Part shown: positions 11,401 to 21,153 of the stretch, piece after piece
Layout of the letters: each line of letters starts with the position of its first letter
Position numbering within the stretch: position 1 is the first letter of the stretch
Virus record (IMG/VR): IMGVR_UViG_3300034103_001788
Location: 6,304-70,303 of that record
DNA length: 64,000 nucleotides
Strand: one strand, 5' to 3'
From: a virus
Program-made: the position numbers and the translations under genes
The notes under the pieces: model-generated
What the model was told of the DNA's origin: nothing
Seen by the model: only the letters and a program-made list of their open reading frames with translations
The model's database searches: none

Positions 11401-12054
11401 ATGGCATACTTAAATAATACAGCTGTAACCGTTGATGCAATATTAACTACCAAAGGTAGAGAATTGCTAGCACGCGGCGATGGTTCATTCGCAATCACTC
11501 AATTTGCATTATCCGATGATGAGATTGATTATACAATGTATAACCCAACTCACCCCTCAGGATCTGCTTTTTACGGACAGGCAATTGATAACATGCCTTT
11601 GTTAGAAGCATTCCCTAATGAAAACCAAATTATGAAATACAAATTAGCTACTTTGCCTCGTGGCACAGCTAAATTACCTGTATTGGATTTAGGAATTTCA
11701 ACTGTATTATTGAAACAAGGTGCTACATTAACCCTTACTCCACAAACATTAAACTACTTAGGTAATGGTAATATATTTGAAACTAGTGGTTATACTGCTA
11801 CTATTTCTGATGTTAGAACATTAGCTAATTTTACTGGAGTAGGAATTAATACTCCTGCTGTTGTTGCTCTTAATTCAACAACTACTGTAGGAACTAATGT
11901 ATCTAAAACTGTAATTGGTACTTCATTCCAATTAAGAGGTACTACTGTAAATACTTTATTTGGATCACAAACTTCAATTCAAGCTACATTAACTGTAGTT
12001 GGAAATGATAGTGGAGCCCGTTTAGTAATCCCCGTAACAATAACTAAAGCATAA
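11401..12054 (+). CDS. baseplate/tail structural protein
   Basis: DAILTTKGRELLA...ITQFALSDDEIDY resembles tail-collar/fibre-attachment N-termini. Confidence 0.55.
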   Translation: MAYLNNTAVTVDAILTTKGRELLARGDGSFAITQFALSDDEIDYTMYNPTHPSGSAFYGQAIDNMPLLEAFPNENQIMKYKLATLPRGTAKLPVLDLGISTVLLKQGATLTLTPQTLNYLGNGNIFETSGYTATISDVRTLANFTGVGINTPAVVALNSTTTVGTNVSKTVIGTSFQLRGTTVNTLFGSQTSIQATLTVVGNDSGARLVIPVTITKA

Positions 12055-12060
12055 TAGAAA

Positions 12061-13071
12061 ATGTCATTTAAACGTTTAGATCCTGAAGATTTCGTCATTA
12101 GTGCTGATGCAATTTCCTCTACATTGTGGACTGGAAATGTACCTACATTAAGCCAATTCTATACTTCATCAACCCAAGGTAGCTCAACTAATTACTACCT
12201 TGATGTATACAATACTGGATCATCATTAAGTGGTTCTGAAGTACAGTTTTCTATTGCTTATGGAAACAAATACGGAAGTGGAAGTTTATTATATAATTCA
12301 TCTGTAACTGCTTCTTCTTATTCTAGAACTGTATATGGTCAATACCGTACTTTGGTTTTGGGAGATGAAAATTCTGATTTTATATTTGGTGGATATACTG
12401 CTTCTGAATTTCATGCTATTTCATATGATAGATCTCGTTACAAAGAATCATTATTACCCGGTTCATTAACTTTATTATTAAGTAGCAGTGCTGGTAAATT
12501 ATACTTAACTGATAACAGCAAAGTAACATCTACCGTAACTTTCCTAGACTCAGGTCGCGTTTATCAATTAGTAAGTGGATCTGCAGGTACAGTAAATACT
12601 AAATACACTAATGGATACACACCAGGTTCAGGATCATATGGTTATTTGCTTCCTGATATTGGGGTAATTTTATTAAATACTAGAGCTATTTCTTGTCCTG
12701 TTGCCGATGGTGGTATTGCAACCAATATTACTGCCTCTAGTGGAAACTCAGACCAGTTATTGAACGGTAAAATGTATGAATTAATTAGATCTGGATCTTG
12801 TACTCTTAATTCACAAGAAACTATCACTTCTGATTATGTGTTTATTCGTGTAAGAAACAGTGAATTTAACTATACCGAAAACCCTAGCTTTATTTCAGGC
12901 TCAACTGGTGATATTATATATTCAGATTTTATTAATAATCCTGTGACATACGTTACAACTGTAGGTATGTACAATGATAATAATGAATTGTTAGCAGTAG
13001 CTAAATTAAGTAAACCTCTCCAGAAAGACTTTACAAAAGAAGCTTTAGTTCGTGTTAAGTTAGATTTCTAA
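12061..13071 (+). CDS. baseplate/tail-fibre attachment protein
   Basis: C-terminal YVTTVGMYNDNNELLAVAKLSKP; paralogous to the next gene. Confidence 0.55.
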   Translation: MSFKRLDPEDFVISADAISSTLWTGNVPTLSQFYTSSTQGSSTNYYLDVYNTGSSLSGSEVQFSIAYGNKYGSGSLLYNSSVTASSYSRTVYGQYRTLVLGDENSDFIFGGYTASEFHAISYDRSRYKESLLPGSLTLLLSSSAGKLYLTDNSKVTSTVTFLDSGRVYQLVSGSAGTVNTKYTNGYTPGSGSYGYLLPDIGVILLNTRAISCPVADGGIATNITASSGNSDQLLNGKMYELIRSGSCTLNSQETITSDYVFIRVRNSEFNYTENPSFISGSTGDIIYSDFINNPVTYVTTVGMYNDNNELLAVAKLSKPLQKDFTKEALVRVKLDF

Positions 13072-13076
13072 AATGA

Positions 13077-14063
13077 ATGGGTGCTTACAAATCACTAACT
13101 GTCCAGGATATAATCCTCAGTCCATTTGAGGTAAACAAGGGATTTTCCTTTACTGGGTCAGCAGCCTTAACAGGGTCTACTGTTTTAATTGATCGATTTT
13201 TTGGAAAAAATTTAACTGGTAGCTTTAACCCAGGAACTGACCCTACTACAGGGCAAGTATCAACAGGTAGCTACCAACGTTTAATTTATGATTCTGTAAA
13301 GCACCTCTATTATTCTAATTTTTTATCTTCTAGTTTAGGAGATAATGCTTCTACCTCTAGTATAGTCTATGGACTTGATACTGAGGGAGATGTAAGAGTA
13401 GGTGGACTAAACAATACTAACAATTACAACTACTTACAATCTACATTATCACAATCTAGATACTTTCCCACAGCTTCAGATTCTGTAGTTGGAGTAATAA
13501 CTATACCTCAAAGTTTATTTGGTGATCAAATTAAACCTGGATCATTTTATTTATCTACCCCTAGTGGAAGTATTATAGATGATGCTGAAGGCAATGTAAT
13601 GCTTACTCCGGGAAATGAAGTTGTAGGTAATATAATTTATCAACACGGATTAATAGTTTTAACTTCATCTGGAAGTAAAACAACTGGAGGTAATATCTAT
13701 GGACTAGCAACATATGGAACTTCAATATATGGTGGTGACATAGGAATAGATACTCTTAGTAGTTTTGTTACTTCATCAAATGTAACTTGCTCATTTTCAT
13801 CCTCGTACACTATATATGAAACATTATTTAAGTGTACTTTGAGAGAAAATGAATTTAACTTTACTCAAAACCCATCAGTAATAGAAGACCAAATCACAGG
13901 CAAATCGTATGACTTTACAACCGGTTCATTCTTTGCCCCGTACATTACAACTGTTGGTTTATATAGTGAAAATAGAGAATTATTAGCTGTAGGGAAATTA
14001 TCTCAACCGCTTCCATCCTCAAGAACAACAGATATGACGATATATGTCAAAATAGATAAATAA
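13077..14063 (+). CDS. baseplate/tail-fibre attachment protein (paralog of preceding gene)
   Basis: EFNFTQNPS and YITTVGLYSENRELLAVGKLSQP shared with 12061..13071. Confidence 0.55.
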   Translation: MGAYKSLTVQDIILSPFEVNKGFSFTGSAALTGSTVLIDRFFGKNLTGSFNPGTDPTTGQVSTGSYQRLIYDSVKHLYYSNFLSSSLGDNASTSSIVYGLDTEGDVRVGGLNNTNNYNYLQSTLSQSRYFPTASDSVVGVITIPQSLFGDQIKPGSFYLSTPSGSIIDDAEGNVMLTPGNEVVGNIIYQHGLIVLTSSGSKTTGGNIYGLATYGTSIYGGDIGIDTLSSFVTSSNVTCSFSSSYTIYETLFKCTLRENEFNFTQNPSVIEDQITGKSYDFTTGSFFAPYITTVGLYSENRELLAVGKLSQPLPSSRTTDMTIYVKIDK

Positions 14064-14064
14064 T

Positions 14065-14505
14065 ATGTGGTTATACAATGAACAAGTTATTAGCTCAATT
14101 GAGGATATGCCTCAAGGAACATTCGGTTTTATATACATAACTACTCACAATTCAAGTGGGATATCGTATATTGGAAAAAAATCGCTATATCACAACGTTA
14201 AACGTAAATTAACCAAAAAAGAACTGGCTGAACATACCGGAAGAGGACGTAAACCTACAACCGAGGTAGTTCAAAAGGAATCTGATTGGAAAACGTATTA
14301 CGGATCTGCAAAACCAATTGTAGAATTCATTAAAGAAGGTAAACAAGAGGACTTTACCCGTGAGATCATACAGTTTGTTTCTAGTAAAAAACTTCTTACT
14401 TACTATGAATGTAAGTACTTATTTAAATATGGGGTGTTAGAACATCCTTTAGAATACTTTAATGACAATATTCTTGGAAAGTTTTTCACCAAAGACTTTG
14501 AATAA
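14065..14505 (+). CDS. GIY-YIG family endonuclease
   Basis: GFIYITT...YIGKK, W..YYGS, F.REI, conserved E and terminal N. Confidence 0.7.
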   Translation: MWLYNEQVISSIEDMPQGTFGFIYITTHNSSGISYIGKKSLYHNVKRKLTKKELAEHTGRGRKPTTEVVQKESDWKTYYGSAKPIVEFIKEGKQEDFTREIIQFVSSKKLLTYYECKYLFKYGVLEHPLEYFNDNILGKFFTKDFE

Positions 14506-14516
14506 TATTTATAATT

Positions 14517-14849
14517 ATGGACAATTTTGACTTGAAACATTTTTTAGTAGAGAATAAAATAACTTCTAATTCTCATTTAAAAGAAATTAAAGCCATCCCT
14601 GGAAATACAGGAACTACAAGATTTATAACTTTAGAACAAATGCATTCTCTTTCAATTAATATTTTAAACCAATTAGAACAACTTCAACAAATAGTTAAAA
14701 AAATGGAAGATGGATCATCAACTGAAAATGAATTGGTAAAATTAAATACTATACCTGATAATGAATTTAGAGAATTAAGATTTATTTCAGATTATTTAAA
14801 GGAATTTTCTAGAACATTTGATGGTCTTAGAGATTATGGAATGGAATAA
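14517..14849 (+). CDS. MDNFDLK-leader protein with one tagged cargo module
   Basis: Leader MDNFDLKHFLVENKITSNSHLK then EIKAIPGNTG; TATTTATA 3 nt upstream. Confidence 0.75.
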   Translation: MDNFDLKHFLVENKITSNSHLKEIKAIPGNTGTTRFITLEQMHSLSINILNQLEQLQQIVKKMEDGSSTENELVKLNTIPDNEFRELRFISDYLKEFSRTFDGLRDYGME

Positions 14850-14860
14850 TATTTATAATT

Positions 14861-15619
14861 ATGGACAATTTTGACCTAAAGCAATTTTTAGTAAAAAACA
14901 AATTAACTGAAAATTCTCGTTTAGGTGAAATTAAAACCACCCCTGGAAATACAGGAACTACAAGATTCGTAGACCTAAAAGTTGGTGATATCATTACTCC
15001 TAAAATGTGGGACAAACAAAAATTTAAAGGTAATTATATGCCTTCACCTACAGATTATAATATTACAATACAAGACTCATATGTTATAAAAGACATGGAA
15101 TTTGACCATGAAGGGTCTGAGGAAGAAGGATTTGATGATTGGTTTGTAGATTTAAGATCAACAACTACAGGTAAACCCTATAATACAGACCCTGTTTCTT
15201 TTCCCTATAAAACACTAGAAACCCAATTTCATTTAAATAGTCTTTTAAAAGATGGATATAAAATTGTTAGTCCTGATACTTTAGAAGAAATTAAAGCCGT
15301 CCCTAAAAATACAGGAATGAAAATAGATTTATTATCTTTTATTAAACAAAACCAATATGAAATCGCTAAGAAGATGGGGGCAGTCCGTTTAGAAGATATT
15401 GAGATGGATACTTTAAATAATCCATCAGCAATAGCACGGGTTAATATTGATCTTGAGGATGAGGAGGATGAAGTAGAAGGTGGAGGAGAATATATGTATG
15501 GAGTATCATTTAGCTATCCTGAGGATGTAGATGATAATTTTAGAGGTGAAAATGGTGATGAACCAGAGGAAATAACAGTAGCAGGAAAAAAAATAATGTA
15601 TATTAATTATAATATTTAA
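14861..15619 (+). CDS. MDNFDLK-leader protein with two tagged acidic modules
   Basis: Leader plus EIKTTPGNTG (14927) and internal EIKAVPKNTG (15287). Confidence 0.75.
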   Translation: MDNFDLKQFLVKNKLTENSRLGEIKTTPGNTGTTRFVDLKVGDIITPKMWDKQKFKGNYMPSPTDYNITIQDSYVIKDMEFDHEGSEEEGFDDWFVDLRSTTTGKPYNTDPVSFPYKTLETQFHLNSLLKDGYKIVSPDTLEEIKAVPKNTGMKIDLLSFIKQNQYEIAKKMGAVRLEDIEMDTLNNPSAIARVNIDLEDEEDEVEGGGEYMYGVSFSYPEDVDDNFRGENGDEPEEITVAGKKIMYINYNI

Positions 15620-15624
15620 TAACT

Positions 15625-15909
15625 ATGGATAATTTTGACTTAAAACATTTTTTAGTAGAAAATAAATTAACTGAAAATTCTCGTTTAAAAGAAATTAAAG
15701 CCGTCCCTGGAAATACCGGGATAAAAAATGCATTAGACTTTACATTTGAAGAGGCAAAAGGTAAAATGGTTTTCATAGAAATAGATGAAGATGGGGATGA
15801 CTCTAAAGAATACATGCAAATTGATACTTTAGATGATTATAACAGCTTAAAAAATGTTATTGCTAGTTATTCCAAATCAGGAATTTTAAGTGATTATTAT
15901 ATTAACTAA
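15625..15909 (+). CDS. MDNFDLK-leader protein with one tagged acidic module
   Basis: Leader plus EIKAVPGNTG (15691). Confidence 0.75.
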   Translation: MDNFDLKHFLVENKLTENSRLKEIKAVPGNTGIKNALDFTFEEAKGKMVFIEIDEDGDDSKEYMQIDTLDDYNSLKNVIASYSKSGILSDYYIN

Positions 15910-15928
15910 TTTAATAAATATTTTAACT

Positions 15929-15955
15929 AAGGCTTGGGAAACCAAGCCTTTTTTT
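15929..15955 (+). terminator. Rho-independent terminator
   Basis: AAGGCTTGG-GAAA-CCAAGCCTT followed by T run. Confidence 0.85.
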
Positions 15956-15962
15956 GTATATT
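15934..15962 (+). promoter_or_regulatory. putative sigma70-type promoter overlapping the terminator
   Basis: TTGGGA-17 nt-TATATT; same spacing recurs at 23337, 33997 and 39433. Confidence 0.55.
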
Positions 15963-15968
15963 CACCAA

Positions 15969-16886
15969 GTGATAGATCAACTTTTAATATCGCTTGTAGA
16001 CTCGGTTCTAGGTAGTGGTAATAAAACTGCTCGAAATAATAAAGCATATAAATGTCCCTTTTGTAATCACCATAAGCTAAAATTAGAAATTAATTTTAGT
16101 GGTAATAATAAAGGTGAAAACCCATGGCATTGCTGGGTATGTGATAAAAAAGGTAAAAAATTATCTACCTTATTTAAACAAGTAGGAGCATCATCTGATA
16201 AAATAGCTGAATTAGGTAGCTTGGTGAAATCTAATAATACCGAAACAGTTATACAAAGTAACACTATAAAGTTACCTAAAGAATTTAAACCTATTTCTGA
16301 TGTATCATCTAAAGATGTTGTTGGTAAACATGCTTTAAAGTACTTAAAAGATAGAGGATTAACCAAAGCCGATATATTAAGATATAATGTTGGTTATTGT
16401 GAGGAAGGACGATATGCTAATATGGTTATTATACCTAGCTACGATGAATTAGGTAATTTAAATTATTTTGTTTCTCGCTCATTTATATCCTCAAATAAAC
16501 TAAATCCTCCAGTATCTAAAGATATAATTGGGTTTGAATTTTTTGTAAACTGGAAGTCACCTATTGTGTTGTGTGAGGGAGCATTCGATGCTATATCAAT
16601 TAAACGAAATGCTATACCTTTATTTGGTAAGATTATCTCTAAAACATTAATGAAAAAGATAGTAACTTCATCTGTAGAGAAAGTATATATTGCTTTGGAT
16701 AAAGATGCTATTAAGTCTGCTTTAGAGCATTGTAAAACATTAATGGATTATGGTAAAAAAGTTTATTTAGTTGAAATGGCTGATAAAGACCCAAATGAAC
16801 TAGGATTTTTAGAATTTACAAATATTATACAACAAACCCCAGCTTTAACTTACGATTTATTACTTAAGAAAAAAATAATGTTATGA
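15969..16886 (+). CDS. DNA primase (Zn finger + TOPRIM)
   Basis: CPFC..H and HCWVC Zn finger, LCEGAFD, ALDKDA, KDPNE TOPRIM motifs; GTG 15969 preferred because TTG 15954 lies inside the terminator/promoter. Confidence 0.85.
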   Translation: MIDQLLISLVDSVLGSGNKTARNNKAYKCPFCNHHKLKLEINFSGNNKGENPWHCWVCDKKGKKLSTLFKQVGASSDKIAELGSLVKSNNTETVIQSNTIKLPKEFKPISDVSSKDVVGKHALKYLKDRGLTKADILRYNVGYCEEGRYANMVIIPSYDELGNLNYFVSRSFISSNKLNPPVSKDIIGFEFFVNWKSPIVLCEGAFDAISIKRNAIPLFGKIISKTLMKKIVTSSVEKVYIALDKDAIKSALEHCKTLMDYGKKVYLVEMADKDPNELGFLEFTNIIQQTPALTYDLLLKKKIML

Positions 16887-17677
16887 TAGAACAAAATCAA
16901 AATGTAAAAAAAGACAAAAAACTTAATCGCATCGTTGAATTTACTGATGATGCTAAGCAAATTACCATTTTAGATACTCGTTATTACCAACGCAAAGAAG
17001 GCGTTTTTTACCCTTCAGTAACATATGTGCTGTCCTCTTTCCCTAAAGATAAATTTTTTGAAAGTTGGATTAAAGATGTAGGACATAACTCCGATATCAT
17101 CATGCGTAGAGCAGGAGATGAAGGTACTCAAGTACACAATGCTGTTGAGAACTTCTTAGCTGGAGAAGAAATTCAATGGTTAGATGATAATGGTAAAGCT
17201 AAATATTCTCTTGAGGTATGGAAAATGATTCTTAAATTTGCTGACTTTTGGAAAACACATAAACCAACATTGATTGCCTCTGAATGGCACTTACTTTCAG
17301 ATGAATTACAAGTAGCAGGTACAATCGATTTGGTAGTAGAATTAAATGACAAATTGTGGTTGCTAGATATTAAAACCTCAAATTCATTACATGATACTTA
17401 TGATTTGCAACTTGCTTGTTATAAACAAATGTGGAATGAATCATTCGATCAAAAGATTGAGAACGCTGGTATCTTATGGTTAAAAGCAGCTACCCGTGGT
17501 GCTGACAAATCAGGTAAGAAAATTCAAGGTGAGGGATGGCAACTTAAAGAAATGAACAACACCTTTGAAAACAACATCCAAGCATTTAAAAACTTATTTG
17601 AAATATTTAAATTCAAAAATCCAGATTTAAAACCATACTCAGAATTATTCCCTACATCTATTAAGTTAGATGTATAA
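16883..17677 (+). CDS. PD-(D/E)XK exonuclease (Cas4/RecB-like)
   Basis: YPSVT.VL, GTQVH, AGTIDL, LDIKTS, QLACY motifs. Confidence 0.85.
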   Translation: MIEQNQNVKKDKKLNRIVEFTDDAKQITILDTRYYQRKEGVFYPSVTYVLSSFPKDKFFESWIKDVGHNSDIIMRRAGDEGTQVHNAVENFLAGEEIQWLDDNGKAKYSLEVWKMILKFADFWKTHKPTLIASEWHLLSDELQVAGTIDLVVELNDKLWLLDIKTSNSLHDTYDLQLACYKQMWNESFDQKIENAGILWLKAATRGADKSGKKIQGEGWQLKEMNNTFENNIQAFKNLFEIFKFKNPDLKPYSELFPTSIKLDV

Positions 17678-17688
17678 TATTTATAAGT

Positions 17689-20190
17689 ATGGAATTATCC
17701 CTAGAAAATTTACTTAATGAACTTAATAAAGTACCCGGCGGATTAGCTAAAAATAAAACTTTAGATGATATTGCCGCTAAGCATGGAGTTGAAAAAGATA
17801 AATTAGAGAAACAACTTGAAAAAGGTATTAAAGTTGAAGCCGAACATACTACTAATAAATCAGCCGCTAAAGAAATAGCTATGGATCATCTGTTTGAAGA
17901 TCCTAAATATTACGATAAGTTATCTAAAATTGATGAAGGTACTTGTGGTTATAATGCTGATGTTAAAACAGGTAAAGAATTTAAAACTCCGGGTGGTATT
18001 AAAATGAGAAAAGACCCTTACGGGTTATCTGCTTTTGCTATTGAATTAGTTAAAGAATTTAATAATGATGTAAATGAAGTAGGAGAATTATCATCTACCC
18101 CTTATAATTATGTTAAACGTTTGGATGATTTAGAATTAGATGGAGATGAATTATTTGGTACTATAGTATATGATTTTTCGGCTGGGGATATTTTTTATGA
18201 TGTTATTTTTGAATATGATTATGATAATGAATTAGATAAAAACATTGTTAAAGTAGATTTTACCGCTAATGAGTCATATGAAATGACTAATGTAAATGAG
18301 CCATATAAAATAATGGCTACTATATTTTCAATTATCAAGAAAGAATTAGCTAAAGATATAGTTAAAAATAATTTAGATATTTTACTTTACACTCCAGCTG
18401 AAACTAAAACTAAAGGTAGTGAAGCAGTTAGATTAAGAGGTATTAATCAACGAAATGAATTATATAAAGCATTTTTTAAGAAAAATATACCTCATGTTAA
18501 AATGGAGGAAACACCGAATGAAACTCGTTTTTATTTAAAAGAAAATCAATTAAATGAGGCAGTTCGTTGTAAAGCACTCCATAACACACCCCAAAATGAA
18601 TTAATACCTTTTATCAAATCACTCACTCAGTTTATGGATAGTGATATTGAAATTCGTCCTTTACCTAAAGTAAAATTTGTTGACGATGAGGCTAATGCCT
18701 CTAAAGTATTGGGTAAAACAGCATATTATGATCCACAAAATTGCGCGATTACTTTGTATATAACCGATAGACACCCTAAGGACATACTCCGTTCGTTTGC
18801 TCATGAGATGATTCATCATATGCAAAATATGCAAGGAAGATTAGGTAATATTGGTACACAAAATGTAAATCAAGATGACAATTTAAAAGGATTAGAGGAA
18901 GAAGCGTACCAGTTAGGAAACATATTACTTCGTTGCTGGGAAAATTCTCAAGACCAACTTGATGAAATTAAACTCCAACCTAAAAATACAGGAGTAGGTA
19001 GCAAATTAAAAGTAAATTTTAAATTAGATCCTTCTTATTTTTTTTACCCTAAAGATATAAAATCAATAAATGATGTTAATGAAAGACACTTTGGTGGGTG
19101 GATAAGTTCTAAAGATTTACCTAAAATGCAAGGTATATTACATAGAGATGATTCATCTATAGTTATACTAACCATCATACTTACTAATACAGACACACCA
19201 TATGAGTATCTTGAGGCTTGGAAAAATAAACTAGATAATCTTAATATTCCATATATAGATAAAATTCTAACTCAGGGACGTAATTTTGGAATTACAGATA
19301 TAGATGTTAATAAGTATATAACTTTAAATATTGAGCAATCTACTAATGAAATTAAAGTCCAACCTAAAAACACAGGAGTGGCTGGTGCTCTAACCTCTGA
19401 AGAAAAAGAATGGATTGATAATCAAGCATATACTATTGATCGCTTTTACTCATCTAATAACACAGATTTAGATTCTGATGCTCCATTAGAATACAAATTT
19501 GTCAATAGAAAAGAGATAGAAGATGAGATACAAGGCGAATACAGGACCTCTAAAGACTTAGAACTTTTTGATTCTATTCATAGAAAATTAAAAAATAAAA
19601 TTTATACCTTTAATCGTGGGCACGATCCTAACATAAAAAAATACCCTGAAGATTATGATCTTCGAGATGCAGTAGTAAGAGCTGAATATAGCAATAATAA
19701 CCCAGAATTAACTATTACTATGTCTGATAGACTAGATGGTAGCTATGGCTCAGAATACGGTGCATTTGATAAAGATACAGGAGAATATCTTCAATATTCT
19801 GATCTGGATAAAATTGGTAAAGTTGATGAAATCAAAGTTCAACCTAAAAAAACGGGGATAAAAGGAAAAATAAATCTTGAATTTTTCCCTAATGACCTTA
19901 AAATCAAATCATATTCTGATATCTATGATTTTTTGAAACTTTCACCTAAGAATTTCCTACCAGGAATAATAAAACTTAAAAATTTCCCATTAATGTTTAC
20001 TGAAATATTTACAAATAATGAAGGTGAAATATCAATGGATTTAGAGGCTAATTCAAATTATCCTGAACGATATGATATATGGGTACAAAGATTAAAAGAT
20101 TTAGGTATTCCTTTTAAGATGAATCATCCATATATTGAGGATATAAATATAGAAAAAAATTTTAATATAGAAGTTAACCCTATAAGCTAG
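17689..20190 (+). CDS. multidomain putative head protein/polyprotein with HExxH zincin domain and three tagged modules
   Basis: GIKVE.EH...EIAMDHL.EDP.YY domain; AHEMIHHMQ at ~18800; tags at 18964, 19348 and 19828. Confidence 0.7.
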   Translation: MELSLENLLNELNKVPGGLAKNKTLDDIAAKHGVEKDKLEKQLEKGIKVEAEHTTNKSAAKEIAMDHLFEDPKYYDKLSKIDEGTCGYNADVKTGKEFKTPGGIKMRKDPYGLSAFAIELVKEFNNDVNEVGELSSTPYNYVKRLDDLELDGDELFGTIVYDFSAGDIFYDVIFEYDYDNELDKNIVKVDFTANESYEMTNVNEPYKIMATIFSIIKKELAKDIVKNNLDILLYTPAETKTKGSEAVRLRGINQRNELYKAFFKKNIPHVKMEETPNETRFYLKENQLNEAVRCKALHNTPQNELIPFIKSLTQFMDSDIEIRPLPKVKFVDDEANASKVLGKTAYYDPQNCAITLYITDRHPKDILRSFAHEMIHHMQNMQGRLGNIGTQNVNQDDNLKGLEEEAYQLGNILLRCWENSQDQLDEIKLQPKNTGVGSKLKVNFKLDPSYFFYPKDIKSINDVNERHFGGWISSKDLPKMQGILHRDDSSIVILTIILTNTDTPYEYLEAWKNKLDNLNIPYIDKILTQGRNFGITDIDVNKYITLNIEQSTNEIKVQPKNTGVAGALTSEEKEWIDNQAYTIDRFYSSNNTDLDSDAPLEYKFVNRKEIEDEIQGEYRTSKDLELFDSIHRKLKNKIYTFNRGHDPNIKKYPEDYDLRDAVVRAEYSNNNPELTITMSDRLDGSYGSEYGAFDKDTGEYLQYSDLDKIGKVDEIKVQPKKTGIKGKINLEFFPNDLKIKSYSDIYDFLKLSPKNFLPGIIKLKNFPLMFTEIFTNNEGEISMDLEANSNYPERYDIWVQRLKDLGIPFKMNHPYIEDINIEKNFNIEVNPIS

Positions 20191-20192
20191 TT

Positions 20193-20771
20193 ATGGATAA
20201 AAAAGAAAATGTTTTAAAAAAAGAGTTTAAACAAAAAGACGTACAACGATTAAGAAATTTATTAACTAAAAAATACGGTGATAAAACTACTGTAGGGGTT
20301 GGTTATACTAAACAACAAGAATTCCATAGTGAGGGAGATGTTTGGGAGGAGGATGGCCGTAAATGGACTATTAAAAATGGTATAAAACAAAATATCACTA
20401 AGATGGATGAGGCTAAAAAAGCCCACGTTATGCCTTTATTTTGCCCTACATGTAATAAGTTAATGGTAACTCATAGAGATAAAAACTATTATATGATTCA
20501 TAAAAAATGTCTTAATTGTGTTATTGATTTTGAAACTGAATTACGTCGTATAGGTGCTTGGGATGAATATGAAAGAAAAATTCAAAACCAAGAAATTGAT
20601 TCTTTTATTTCTGAATTTAAAGCTTGGATAGAAGACAGTTTAACTGAATCAAACCAAGGATTTATTTCTGAGGATGGTCATATAGAAAAATGGGTTGGTG
20701 GGCCTAATAAGCAACGAGTATTAGATGATTTACATAAAACTATCGAGTATTTGTCTTCCTTGAAGAAGTAA
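20193..20771 (+). CDS. hypothetical protein with CxxC...CxxC Zn finger
   Basis: CPTC and CLNC; EGDVWEEDGRKWTIKNG. Confidence 0.6.
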   Translation: MDKKENVLKKEFKQKDVQRLRNLLTKKYGDKTTVGVGYTKQQEFHSEGDVWEEDGRKWTIKNGIKQNITKMDEAKKAHVMPLFCPTCNKLMVTHRDKNYYMIHKKCLNCVIDFETELRRIGAWDEYERKIQNQEIDSFISEFKAWIEDSLTESNQGFISEDGHIEKWVGGPNKQRVLDDLHKTIEYLSSLKK

Positions 20772-20786
20772 ATATTTATAACGGAT

Positions 20787-21152
20787 ATGGACTTTGCCAA
20801 ATTTATTTCTTACTTACTTCATTCCAGAACTCAGGCTCACGTCTATCACCTTCAAACACCTTCTTATGCTGCTCACAAGGCATTAAATAAATATTATGAT
20901 GATATAATTGATTTAATTGATGGATTAGTTGAGTCATATCAAGGTAAGTATGGTATTATAAAAGGATACTCTAATTTTGGTTTGATGGAATATGAAAGCT
21001 GTGAAGAAATTCAAAACTATTTTAAAGCGCTTGCTAGTACTATTGAATCTGAAAAAGAAGAATTACCTCAAGACAGTTATATACAAAATCAAATTGATGA
21101 AGTGGTTACATTAATTAATTCAACTTTATATAAACTAACTTATTTAAAATAA
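20787..21152 (+). CDS. ferritin/Dps-like four-helix protein
   Basis: QAHVYHLQT.SYAAHKAL..YYD.I.D..DGLVESYQG resembles the Dps ferroxidase pattern. Confidence 0.6.
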   Translation: MDFAKFISYLLHSRTQAHVYHLQTPSYAAHKALNKYYDDIIDLIDGLVESYQGKYGIIKGYSNFGLMEYESCEEIQNYFKALASTIESEKEELPQDSYIQNQIDEVVTLINSTLYKLTYLK

Positions 21153-21153
21153 G

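Noticed and set aside
14500-15720. Repeated leaders or tags as a CRISPR array or integron attC sites
   Set aside because: The repeats are in-frame coding sequence with synonymous variation, irregular 300-700 bp spacing and no palindromic structure; no integrase or cas operon is in the window.
16883-17677. Cas4-like nuclease as evidence of CRISPR-Cas
   Set aside because: Stand-alone PD-(D/E)XK exonucleases next to primases are common in phages; it has no Fe-S cysteine cluster and no array or other cas genes.
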